Shown one piece after another: positions 36,065-44,320 of a DNA stretch of 44,320 nucleotides (its first letter is position 1; every line of letters starts with the position of its first letter). Below the pieces are notes generated by a model. The model saw only the letters and a list, made by a program, of their open reading frames with translations. It had not been told where the DNA came from and searched no databases. A program made the position numbers and the translations under genes. This stretch comes from an uncultured Clostridia bacterium (GTDB lineage: Bacteria; Bacillota; Clostridia; TANB77; CAG-508). The stretch covers positions 1-44,320 of the forward strand of contig CALXCH010000003.1 of assembly GCA_944386735.1 (NCBI GenBank), in the 5' to 3' direction.

Positions 36065-38503
36065 CTATTTTATATTTTTGGTATAACCATCATATTGCTT
36101 ATATTTTAAATATAATATCATACTAACTCCAATCATAATTACTGTTAATATCGCTAAAGAGATTATTCCAGTTTTAGGTAAAATTGAATTTGCTGTTGTT
36201 GGATCCTTGAATTGTCCACCTTGTCCGCTCTGTCCACTTTGTCCGCTTTGACCATTTTGTTGTGCACCATTATTGCTAACATTTTCATTAATTGTATTAA
36301 TGTCTACAAATACTTCTGTTTTGTTACCAACTAAATCTTCTATATCAACTACGTCAACAGTATTTTCTGAATATGTCTTTGTTAAAGTAGTTCCATCTTC
36401 TGATATTTTCCATCCATCTAATTGTTTTATTGGTTCATTTGCCTTTATATATACTGTTACTTGATTTTTTTCTGTGTCTGTTTTATAATCCACAGTTACT
36501 TGTGGTGCCTCTTTATCAATATTATTTATTTCTATATTTACTTCTACTTGATTTCCAGCTAAATCTTCTACAATAATTGTTTCACTAGCATTTTGAGAAT
36601 ATGTTTTTTGTATTGTAAGCTTATCACTTGATATTTCCCAACCTGTCGGTTGTTTTAATTCTTCATTAGATTTTATAATAGCTTGAACGTTTTGATTAGT
36701 ATTTTCTGTTATACTATAAGAAAGTTCTATCTGTGGTGCCTCTTTATCAATATTTTGAATATTTATTACTACAGTAGTAGTATTTCCTAAAGTATCCTCA
36801 ACCGTTATTTCCTCTTGAGTATTTTGAGTATACACTTTAGTTAATGTCTTTGAGTCTGCTGACAATTCCCAGCCTTCTACTTGTTTTATCATTTTATCAG
36901 CTGTTATTGTAACTGTTACGTCCTTATTTGTAGGAGCTGTTTCAGAATACTTCACTTCACATGTTAATGCCTCTTCTACTATATTATCAACAACTATATC
37001 TACTTCTGTTGTATTTGAGGCCAAATCACGTAAAATTATTTTTTCTGTTGTATTTTTTGTATATTCTTTAGTTAGAGTCTTTCTATCTTGTGATAATTTC
37101 CAGCCTTCTACTTCTTGTAATTCTTCATTTGAAGTTATTGTTACTATTACATTTTCTCTTGTTGGCTCTGTAGTACTGTAACTTACTTCTACATTAGGAG
37201 CTATTTTATCTATATTTTCTATTAATATTTGTTGTTCTATTGATTCTCCACTTGCACTTGTTATTGTTATAGTTTCATTTACATTTTCTTCATATGTCTT
37301 TTGAGCTGTTTTTTTATCTTGTGATAATTCCCAGCCTTCAATTGGTTGCATTTCTCTATTTGAAGTAATAGTAACAACTACATTATTATTGGTAGGCTCT
37401 GTTGTACTATATTGTATATCTACTCCAAACTCTCCATATGCTGTATTTGTTAATGCTGGTGCTTTAAATACAGTTGCTTGCTCATCATAAGCCATTACAT
37501 TTGCTATGTGGCTTGTTGAAAAACTTTCTTCATTGATTTTTGTATTATTTCCTACCATAAAATAATCATAAGTATCGTCTACTCCATTATCTAAAAAAAC
37601 ATCTACACCAAACCATCTTTGTTCATTTGGTTGATATACTGCTGCCCATTGTTGGTCTTGCCCTGCAACTTGTCCTCTAATTAATACTGCATTAACTCCT
37701 TTTTTTCTACATAATAATACAAATAAATCTGATTGTCCCTCACTTACTGCTTCTCCATTTATTAATGCTCCATATGCAGTATGTTGCACTTCTGTTCCGC
37801 TCAAGTTTTGTCCTTTAACATTTTGACAAATATAATCATGTATATTTTTTGCAATATCATATACATTATCACCACTTATTGAGTTTACTACTTCTTCTAG
37901 TTTTGTATTAAACTGCTCTTTATTTTCACTCTCTGATAATATAGATAATTGAAAATTTACTTGTTGTATTACAAGCTCTCCTGTATCATCATTTACATCA
38001 GCCGTAATATTTCCATCTATTCCGCTATATCTTAACCAATAATATTCTGGATTATCCAATACAAATGCACAGAAACCATCATAAATATATGGTTTAACAT
38101 TTTCATTGTATACTGTCTGTATTGTTTCATCATCAGTAGATTCTAACTTAAATGATAAATTTGTAGAAACACTAATTGTTTCCGTTGGCTCTGTATTTTC
38201 TAGTAATACATTATAAATATTTTGTGATAATTCATTAGTTAATTGATTATAATAAAACTTATTTGAATAATTCTCATCTATTTCTTCTGCTCTTGTTACC
38301 ATCAATCTACTTTTTAAGATTCTAGAATTTAAATAAAATTCATTATCAATTAATTGATTATTTGTTATTTTAAAATTTATTTTTACTTGTCTAACATTTT
38401 CAGAATTAGCTTCAGTATAATTGACTCCCAAAAGTACAACCGACAATAAAAACATAATAGCAATTAATAAATATTTTTTTATTTTCTTTTTTTCTTTTAG
38501 CAT
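36065..38503 (-). CDS. LPKTG cell-wall-anchored protein: degenerate transglutaminase-like N-terminal domain plus five Ig-like repeats
   Basis: Signal peptide. Core AYGALINGEAVSEGQSDLFVLLCRKKGVNAVLIRG...QWAAVY...RWFGVDV. Five ~75-aa repeats (YSTTEPT..NV.VTITSNE....EGW.LS.D..T..K.Y). GQSGQSGQSGQGGQ linker. ILPKTG, then TM, then KYKQ tail. Confidence 0.8.
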   Translation of the reverse strand: MLKEKKKIKKYLLIAIMFLLSVVLLGVNYTEANSENVRQVKINFKITNNQLIDNEFYLNSRILKSRLMVTRAEEIDENYSNKFYYNQLTNELSQNIYNVLLENTEPTETISVSTNLSFKLESTDDETIQTVYNENVKPYIYDGFCAFVLDNPEYYWLRYSGIDGNITADVNDDTGELVIQQVNFQLSILSESENKEQFNTKLEEVVNSISGDNVYDIAKNIHDYICQNVKGQNLSGTEVQHTAYGALINGEAVSEGQSDLFVLLCRKKGVNAVLIRGQVAGQDQQWAAVYQPNEQRWFGVDVFLDNGVDDTYDYFMVGNNTKINEESFSTSHIANVMAYDEQATVFKAPALTNTAYGEFGVDIQYSTTEPTNNNVVVTITSNREMQPIEGWELSQDKKTAQKTYEENVNETITITSASGESIEQQILIENIDKIAPNVEVSYSTTEPTRENVIVTITSNEELQEVEGWKLSQDRKTLTKEYTKNTTEKIILRDLASNTTEVDIVVDNIVEEALTCEVKYSETAPTNKDVTVTITADKMIKQVEGWELSADSKTLTKVYTQNTQEEITVEDTLGNTTTVVINIQNIDKEAPQIELSYSITENTNQNVQAIIKSNEELKQPTGWEISSDKLTIQKTYSQNASETIIVEDLAGNQVEVNIEINNIDKEAPQVTVDYKTDTEKNQVTVYIKANEPIKQLDGWKISEDGTTLTKTYSENTVDVVDIEDLVGNKTEVFVDINTINENVSNNGAQQNGQSGQSGQSGQGGQFKDPTTANSILPKTGIISLAILTVIMIGVSMILYLKYKQYDGYTKNIK
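36290..37430 (-). repeat. five tandem ~225-nt coding repeats (Ig-like modules) inside the LPKTG protein gene
   Basis: Reiterated peptide pattern: V.YS.TEPTN.NV.VTI.....I.Q.EGWELS.D..TLTK.Y..N..E.I.V.D..GN...V.I...NIDK.AP. Confidence 0.7.
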
Positions 38504-38830
38504 AATATATCATTCTCCTCTTTCTTTTGAATTATCTCATATTTTTATCATAATCTAGAACATATTTTAATTCTTTGTTTACAAATAAAAAAATCAATCT
38601 CCCATAAATAATATACAATATTTTTTGTACTTTTGCAATAATCATCTACCTTTGTAAAGTAATTATAATATAGTTGTAATATAACCGTAATATAATTGTT
38701 GCATCTAATTTTAATTCTTTATTCTATTTGAAATAAGGCACCCACAACCTTACTAGCTTTAGACAGTGGGGTAAGGTTGCCAAAAATAGATTTTTTGTGT
38801 TACACTATCGATATGGGTACATAGTTATTT

Positions 38831-39067
38831 TTGTATACAAGTATGGAAAAAACTGCTGATATGAAACAAATATTAGATGATATAAACCCCTTCTCTCATG
38901 AGATATATCAAAAACATAAAGTCATTATCAGGTATATAGAGATAGACCAAAATCATATACACTATATGATAGAAACCGAACTACCGATGCCCGTTAGTAA
39001 AATTGTAAATCCGGTAAAAAGTTATACCACATATCATGTTTGGAAGAAATATCCAAATTATTTGTGA
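38831..39067 (+). pseudogene. tnpA: IS200-type Y1 (HUH) transposase TnpA fragment
   Basis: ...IEIDQNHIHYMIETELPMPVSKIVNPVKSYTTYHVWKKYPNYL shows an HUH motif (HIH) and an LKS.TS-like region. It lacks the N-terminal ~25 aa. The C-terminal FW.DG.F segment continues in another frame. Confidence 0.65.
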
Positions 39068-39154
39068 AAACAATTTTGATAGGAATACACATTTTGGACA
39101 GATGGACATTTTGTTTGCTCTGAAGAATGCAATTTATAATATGGATTCTGCCTA

Positions 39155-39625
39155 TTAGAAATTCTTCAAAGAGCATACCGGCTATCCAAAGTTTAAGAGT
39201 AAGTATGAAATCCATAAATCATACACTACCAATTATACTAATGGAAATATAGTTGTAGATTATGAGAGTGGAAAAATAAAACTGCCAAAATAAAAAAAGT
39301 AAAAGCCAAAAGTGATAGTTACAGAAAATTTACAGATAAAAAATATGGTAAAATCATTATCTGGCAAAATAAATAATAGATGCATCATGGTATGAGCTTG
39401 CAAGACAATTAGAATATAAGGCTATATGGAATGCGAGAAAGTATATCAAAAAATAGATACTTTCTATGCCAGAAGCCAATTGTGTTCTGTCTGTGATATC
39501 AGAATGTAGATACAAAAGATTTGTCTGTCAGTGAACGGACATGTCCTATACGTGGATCATGGCAGGATAGGGATATAAATGCTTCAACAAATATCCTTAT
39601 GGAAGGACTAAGAAAAATTGCATAG
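39155..39625 (+). pseudogene. tnpB: IS605 OrfB/TnpB remnant (internally deleted, multiple stops)
   Basis: Fragments FFKEHTGYPKFKSKYE...SYTTNYTNGNIVVDYESGKIKLPK (N-terminal part), LEYKAIWN, and DLSVSERTCPIRGSWQDRDINASTNILMEGL (C-terminal Zn-finger/RuvC-III part). They are separated by stops and frame changes. Confidence 0.65.
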
Positions 39626-40313
39626 AGAAAAAATATAGGTAAGAGACTGTTCAAATTGATACCTATGAAGATAGTAAGTCACGAGGTCTATAAAGAAGTA
39701 ATCTCATTAGCTTCAGACAATGAGTAGTTCACATATCTAAAAAATTATATTATAGTAAAAAAAATTAAATTTTTTAATTACCAAAAATTATATATTTAAA
39801 TATAATAATATTAGTAGTATAATTAAATTAGTATATATTTTAGAAGGTATTTACTTTGTCGACTATCCATCACCTAAAGGTAATAAACTTGTAACTGACA
39901 AATAATGCAAACAATTAAGATTTTAATCTCATACCTTTGTTCAATAGACAACTCTAAAGTGGCGTTACATCATAAGGTAATTGACTGCACACTTTGTAAC
40001 ATAGATATACTATTATACAACTACATATGGTACTTACTAACTTTCCAAATTATGTAGTAAAAAAACTTACATTTTAGCACATACAATTTTACATTACAAA
40101 TGGTTAGTTGTGAAAAGCTCATATATTAACTTTTTGAAATACAAAAAGTACCTTTCTAGAAAACTGCCAATGTTTTTCTCTTTATACATAATGACAGTAT
40201 ATAAACGTTTGTTTGTTAATAGAATAAGCAAAAAATCTACAAAATATTTGAAAGGAGGAATGGCACTCCTCTCATTGCTTTAACAGTAGTGTGGTTCAGT
40301 GCCTAGTAAATTT

Positions 40314-40955
40314 ATGAAAATAGAAAAATTAACAGAGGATAAGATTAGAATAATTGTTAATTCCTCAGATTTAAAGTTAGAAAATCTAGATATAAAATCT
40401 ATAATGTCTAAAGCTATAGAACGTCAAGGATTTTTTACATATATGCTAGAAAAAGCAAAAGATGAAGTCGGTTTTAATACTGATGGTTGCAGAATTCTTA
40501 TAGAAGCTTTTTCAACCTCTGATGATATTTTAGTTTTTACAATTACTAAATATTCAATTGATTCTACTTCTAACAAAACGTTAAATCCTAACAAAATAGG
40601 TGTTAAAGCAAAAAGGAAATCTTTGAATATAACAAATAAACAAGCTTTATACAAATTAAAAAGTTTTGATGATTTTTGTGACTTTTGTGAATGTATAAAT
40701 AGAGAATATAAATTTGATATTAAAAAACTTTCTAAAAATACATATTTATATTTATATAATGATACATATTACTTATTTATGAAAAATATTAATATTGGTA
40801 ACATAGCTTTAAAAAATTTTTACTCTATTATTTCTGAGTTTTTAATTCCTGTTAATTATTCTAATAATTTTGAGAGTAAATTATTAGAACATGGAAAAAT
40901 AATTATTAAGGGAAATGCAATTGTTACTGGAATTAAATATTTTGCAAATAAATAA
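40314..40955 (+). CDS. mecA: adapter protein MecA (ClpC adaptor)-like
   Basis: MKIEKLTEDKIRIIVNSSDLKLENLDIKSIM...FFTYMLEKAKDEVGF...LIEAF has a MecA-like N-terminus. ATG 40314 is preferred over the track GTG 40299. No clear SD. Confidence 0.65.
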   Translation: MKIEKLTEDKIRIIVNSSDLKLENLDIKSIMSKAIERQGFFTYMLEKAKDEVGFNTDGCRILIEAFSTSDDILVFTITKYSIDSTSNKTLNPNKIGVKAKRKSLNITNKQALYKLKSFDDFCDFCECINREYKFDIKKLSKNTYLYLYNDTYYLFMKNINIGNIALKNFYSIISEFLIPVNYSNNFESKLLEHGKIIIKGNAIVTGIKYFANK

Positions 40956-40975
40956 AACCAGATTATATCTGGTTT
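40955..40975. terminator. bidirectional terminator between the convergent mecA and M23 peptidase genes
   Basis: aaaccagat / atctggttt stem, flanked by A- and T-runs. Confidence 0.65.
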
Positions 40976-40996
40976 TATTTTATGTATTCATTTACT

Positions 40997-42016
40997 TTAA
41001 TAGACATAGTTTTGTGGATTATATGCAACACCATTTACTCTAACTTCTAAGTGTAAATGTGGTCCTGTTGAATTTCCAGTTGACCCTACCGCAGCAACAG
41101 TATCACCTTGTGAAACTTGTGTTCCTACTCCTACATATAATTTGCTACAGTGACAATAATAAGTTTGAACACCATTCCCATGGCTTATTACTAACATATT
41201 TCCATAAGAGCCTTTGTATCCTGCAAATGCTACCGTTCCTGATGCTGCTGCCTTAATTGGTGTTCCAGCTGCTGCTGAAATATCTAAGCCTGTATGTGAT
41301 GATCTTCTAATACTACTTGATGCTCCAAATCTAGATGTTATTATTCCAGATATTGGTCTTATTAAACTTATTCCTATATTTGCCTTAGCACTTGATGTTG
41401 TTCCTTTTGTATTTACTGTTCCACTTGCTGCATATTTTGTAGTACCTTTACTAGTTGAAGCTACTGCTACTGGCTTCGGTGGTTCGACATATAATTTTGA
41501 CACAGCATCTTCTTCTGTAACTAAATCTTTCAATTCTGTTTCATATTTTTCTACAATTGCAATTTTATCTATGTTAGAACTATTTTTTTCTTTTAAATCA
41601 CTTACTACTTTTTCAGCATCTTCAAAAGTTCCAACATATGCTTTTTCTTCTTGCTCGTCTGTTATTGCATAATATCTATAATATGTAACTCCTGCTTCTT
41701 TTATTTTATTAAATATTTCATCATCGTTAGTTACAATATTTTTCTTTAATAAACAAAGCTTGTATTCTGGCATATTATCCACTTGGACAAATGCTACATT
41801 TGAATTTGTTCCATCACCTTTATCAACATAATCATTTATTCTATGTTGTAACCCTGACCTATCTTCAGTATATCCTACTTGCTGCCCATTTATAAAAACA
41901 CTATATGTTGGTTTATATAAAAAAGCTATTGTTCCTATAATTAAAAAAGCTGCTATTACAAAAAGAATTATAAATTTAATTCCTCTTCTTGTATGTATTA
42001 ACACTTTTTTTAACAT
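40997..42016 (-). CDS. M23 (LytM-type) metallopeptidase, N-terminally membrane anchored
   Basis: HTGLDISAAAGTPIKAAASGTV...GNMLVISHGNGVQTYYCHCS...GSTGNSTGPHLHLEVRVNG shows intact HxxxD and HxH motifs. SD GGAGAG lies 7 nt before ATG 42016. Confidence 0.85.
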   Translation of the reverse strand: MLKKVLIHTRRGIKFIILFVIAAFLIIGTIAFLYKPTYSVFINGQQVGYTEDRSGLQHRINDYVDKGDGTNSNVAFVQVDNMPEYKLCLLKKNIVTNDDEIFNKIKEAGVTYYRYYAITDEQEEKAYVGTFEDAEKVVSDLKEKNSSNIDKIAIVEKYETELKDLVTEEDAVSKLYVEPPKPVAVASTSKGTTKYAASGTVNTKGTTSSAKANIGISLIRPISGIITSRFGASSSIRRSSHTGLDISAAAGTPIKAAASGTVAFAGYKGSYGNMLVISHGNGVQTYYCHCSKLYVGVGTQVSQGDTVAAVGSTGNSTGPHLHLEVRVNGVAYNPQNYVY

Positions 42017-42196
42017 CAATATTCTCTCCTTTGTATTTCTTTTTTCTATTTTACATCGTAATCATATTGTAATATTTTTATTTTTGCAAAGATATTCTAA
42101 CTTTAATTTCCGTAAGTTTTCTTTGTTTTTTTCACTTTATCTCTTTTTTATTCGTTTTATCTCGTTTTTTCTTACAAAATAATTTTTTTAAAAACA

Positions 42197-42225
42197 AATG
42201 TCGTGTGAAACCCTCACACGACATT
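42197..42225 (-). terminator. rho-independent terminator after the CotF-like gene pair
   Basis: aatgtcgtgtga / tcacacgacatt forms a 12-bp stem. A T-rich run follows on the minus strand. Confidence 0.7.
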
Positions 42226-42229
42226 ACTT

Positions 42230-42475
42230 CTAACCTTGCATTTCTGTTTTTACTGTATTTATTTCTGTTACTGTAGCTTTTTGAGCTGGTATATAATACC
42301 CTTTACTTTGTGCTACTTTAAACAACTCATATTGAAAACTTTCATCACTATTTCTTATTTGTTGGAATGTTTGTCTTAATTGCATATTCTCGCATTCTGA
42401 AATAGCTGTTTGATATGCTGTTAAGTCTGACTTTACTCCTGCTAAAATATCGTTTACCATTACTTTTTCGTCCAT
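42230..42475 (-). CDS. spore coat protein F-like (Coat_F domain)
   Basis: VNDILAGVKSDLTAYQTAISECENMQLRQTFQQIRNSDESFQYELFKVAQSKGYY. Strong SD AAAGGAGGAAAAG. Confidence 0.7.
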   Translation of the reverse strand: MDEKVMVNDILAGVKSDLTAYQTAISECENMQLRQTFQQIRNSDESFQYELFKVAQSKGYYIPAQKATVTEINTVKTEMQG

Positions 42476-42490
42476 TACTTTTCCTCCTTT

Positions 42491-42682
42491 TTAATTATTT
42501 CCTAAAAAACTCATTAATTTTTGTTTTGTGTTTAATGCATCTTGTGCTGACTTTGTGAACATTTGCTTAATTTGTGGGTCAACTGCTTGTCCTGCATATG
42601 TGTTTAATTTTTGATATGTTGTTTCATGTGCTCCTATTAGATGTCTTAAATGTTGTAATTCTACTTGATTTAAATCTGGCAT
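42491..42682 (-). CDS. small helical spore-coat-associated protein (partner of the CotF-like gene)
   Basis: MPDLNQVELQHLRHLIGAHETTYQKLNTYAGQAVDPQIKQMF.... SD AAAGGAAGG precedes ATG 42682 (track start 42700 is upstream of the SD). Confidence 0.55.
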   Translation of the reverse strand: MPDLNQVELQHLRHLIGAHETTYQKLNTYAGQAVDPQIKQMFTKSAQDALNTKQKLMSFLGNN

Positions 42683-42776
42683 AATTATCCTTCCTTTCAT
42701 TTAAAATCTAAATATATTATTTCCAGTTTTAAATCTTTTATACAAAAATAACAAATAAGATTTATATAAGCAAAGC

Positions 42777-42805
42777 TTTAATTTTATGTAAATATATGTT
42801 ATAAT
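42777..42805 (+). promoter_or_regulatory. candidate sigma-A promoter with an extended -10 for the small membrane-protein gene
   Basis: TGtTATAAT (TG at 42797-98, TATAAT at 42800-05). Weak -35 TTTAAT lies 17 bp upstream. Confidence 0.4.
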
Positions 42806-42878
42806 ATTATCAGTTTTAAGCAAAAATTTCCTCGTTATACAACAAGGAAATACAACAACTACGATTGTAGGAGGGAAA

Positions 42879-43148
42879 ATGAAAACTACGATTAATTTTA
42901 TTGCCAAAGCACTTAAGATTGGTATCTGGATTAGCTTTCTTTTTATGATGCGTAATTACTTTGATATGCTGTCCTCCTTCGGAGATTCTGACACCTCTCT
43001 TGATGCTTACACTGCGGCAATAAGCCTTTACACCTTTGCTATAGTTATTCGGTTCTTTATCACATATGCTATTACTCAAATCATCCGATTGCTTTCGGAA
43101 GTTCTTATTTGCATTTGTGAAAAGCATGAAAAGGCAAAGGAGCAGTAA
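42879..43148 (+). CDS. small (89 aa) two-TM membrane protein, function unknown; compositionally atypical
   Basis: SD AGGAGGG, an upstream extended -10 promoter and a downstream GC-rich hairpin. G+C is visibly higher than in neighbours. Uses CTG, GCG, CGG, CGA and TCG codons, which are rare elsewhere in the window. Confidence 0.6.
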   Translation: MKTTINFIAKALKIGIWISFLFMMRNYFDMLSSFGDSDTSLDAYTAAISLYTFAIVIRFFITYAITQIIRLLSEVLICICEKHEKAKEQ

Positions 43149-43154
43149 TCGTAA

Positions 43155-43184
43155 AATTCCCCGGCGAATACTCGCTGGGGAATT
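43155..43184. terminator. GC-rich hairpin between the convergent small membrane gene and the nucleotidase gene
   Basis: aattccccggcga / tcgctggggaatt (one G-U pair), followed by TTATTTT. Confidence 0.6.
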
Positions 43185-43188
43185 TATT

Positions 43189-43746
43189 TTATAACAATAT
43201 TTTTTCTACTTCTTTCCAATTGTTTACTCTTATAAAGTTATTTTCTTTTAATTCTTCTTCTGTCATATTTTTATTATGATATGCTGTAAATAATAATTTC
43301 AAGCTTGCTTTTCCCATTAATTTCTTAGGACTATCATCTATTCTTATGTCTGCATCTAATAACTCTTTATTAGAAATAAATATAAATTTATGTGGATTTA
43401 TAAATGGGAACTTTTCACTTAAAAAATTATATTTATCATTTAAAGTTTTTCCTGAAACCTTTGGTTCATCTCTAAATACATATGCAGTTGCGATATAAAC
43501 ATCATAAACCTTATTTAATTTTTCCATGACTTCTTGTGCATCTTTTACAATATCAACATAGTCATATGCATTTTTAGTATAATACCATTTTACCCAATCT
43601 TCTAATCTATCTTTTGGTATTAAATCATTAATGTAATAACTTCCTGCATCTTCTTGCTCATAATTAGTTCCTAGGAATTCATTAATCATTCTAATAAAAC
43701 CTTTTTCACAAAGTACATCATCCATATCTACTATTAATTTTTTCAT
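43189..43746 (-). CDS. 5'(3')-deoxyribonucleotidase-like HAD phosphatase (NT5C family)
   Basis: MKKLIVDMDDVLC contains the DxDxV/T HAD motif I. Size (~185 aa) and overall pattern resemble YorS/NT5C-type proteins. Confidence 0.65.
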   Translation of the reverse strand: MKKLIVDMDDVLCEKGFIRMINEFLGTNYEQEDAGSYYINDLIPKDRLEDWVKWYYTKNAYDYVDIVKDAQEVMEKLNKVYDVYIATAYVFRDEPKVSGKTLNDKYNFLSEKFPFINPHKFIFISNKELLDADIRIDDSPKKLMGKASLKLLFTAYHNKNMTEEELKENNFIRVNNWKEVEKILL

Positions 43747-43762
43747 AATCTTCTATCCTTTA

Positions 43763-44320
43763 TTAATTATCAATTACCTCTAATTTTGCAAATTTAGCCA
43801 TTAATCTTTTATGTCCTACTTTATCAAAGTTAATATCTACTTTTAAGTCATCGCCTTCTGGCTCTACTCTATTTATTATGCCTTCACCAAATTTTTTATG
43901 GAATATTCTTACTCCTGCTTTATATTGTGATAAATCAACCGGAGTATTATTCTTCTTTTTATTTAACCCACTTAAGAAGCTTTCCGCAGTTCTGAACATA
44001 AAATCATTATTGTTAACCTTGTTTGTCGCTGCAACTTTTTCCTTCTCTTTAGGTTCTAACTTATAACTTTTTACTTTTCCATTACTTTCATTTCCATAAG
44101 ACCAACTATAAGAAGAATCTTTAAACATCCTTTCTTTATTAGTAGTTTCTCCAAAGGATTCTTCATATCCATCTAATAAATCTTCTGGAATTTCTTTTAA
44201 AAATCTTGAAACTTGATTATAACTTGTTGAGCCAAATATAGTTCTTTGTTTACTACAAGTTAAAAATAGATGTTCTTTTGCTCTAGTTATTCCAACATAA
44301 CACAAACGTCTTTCTTCTTC
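43763..44320 (-). CDS. pcrA: ATP-dependent DNA helicase PcrA/UvrD, C-terminal part (partial; N-terminus lies beyond the window end)
   Basis: ...EERRLCYVGITRAKEHLFLT... (helicase motif VI region), followed by a C-terminal Tudor-like GVRIFHKKFGEGII...VDINFDKVGHKRLMAKFAKLEV. Confidence 0.8.
   Translation of the reverse strand, partial: EEERRLCYVGITRAKEHLFLTCSKQRTIFGSTSYNQVSRFLKEIPEDLLDGYEESFGETTNKERMFKDSSYSWSYGNESNGKVKSYKLEPKEKEKVAATNKVNNNDFMFRTAESFLSGLNKKKNNTPVDLSQYKAGVRIFHKKFGEGIINRVEPEGDDLKVDINFDKVGHKRLMAKFAKLEVIDN

Larger units (their letters stand above)
38737..39730 (+). mobile_element. decayed IS200/IS605-family element (tnpA and tnpB remnants with related end hairpins)
   Basis: TnpA-like and TnpB-like peptide fragments occur in several frames. 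A left hairpin (38745-38779) and a right hairpin (39703-39724) share TAGCTTYAGACA in their loops. Confidence 0.7.

Noticed and set aside
40260-40283. 7-codon mini-ORF (MALLSLL) right after AAAGGAGGA, considered as a leader peptide for mecA.
   Set aside because: The SD-to-ATG spacing is only about 1 nt, too short for initiation. There is no obvious attenuator logic.
42701-43127. Minus-strand ORFs 42701-42907 and 42816-43127 opposite the small membrane-protein gene.
   Set aside because: They have no ribosome-binding sites and overlap the promoter/SD of the plus-strand gene. The plus-strand ORF is bracketed by a promoter, an SD and a terminator.
1-44320. tRNA, rRNA or riboswitch genes.
   Set aside because: No G+C-rich structured islands of suitable size or recognisable conserved cores are visible in the intergenic regions. 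Without a covariance-model scan I cannot exclude small RNAs.

Overview
AT-rich chromosomal segment from a spore-forming, low-GC Firmicute (Clostridia-like gene content: spoIIE, CotF-like coat genes, radC-mreBCD-pbp2-minC). Almost all genes are on the minus strand. Left flank: TatD-like hydrolase (partial), acpS, an unrecognised membrane-anchored protein, a WG-repeat protein and spoIIE. Centre (6.6-24.8 kb): three very large surface-protein genes of 1605, 1301 and 3023 aa. They read as a tandemly duplicated two-gene module (A+B). In the second copy the two genes are fused in frame, through a transmembrane hairpin that keeps an internal SD/ATG and a second signal peptide. Right part: two small low-complexity genes, then minC with no minD/minE after it. 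An Rpn-type PD-(D/E)XK nuclease gene sits on the opposite strand inside the mre-min cluster. Next come pbp2, mreD (apparently frameshifted), mreC, mreB, radC and DUF4321. Further right: a secreted triple ricin-B lectin fused to NlpC/P60, an LPKTG-anchored protein with a degenerate transglutaminase-like core and five Ig-like repeats, and a decayed IS200/IS605 element. The window ends with mecA, an M23 peptidase, two CotF-like genes, a small G+C-rich membrane-protein gene, an NT5C-type nucleotidase and the 3' end of pcrA. I saw no rRNA, tRNA or CRISPR array. All family calls rest on motifs read by eye from the translations; no database search was possible. The best candidate for something undescribed is the duplicated and fused giant adhesin/fibre module, with its non-canonical sorting signals and no sortase nearby.
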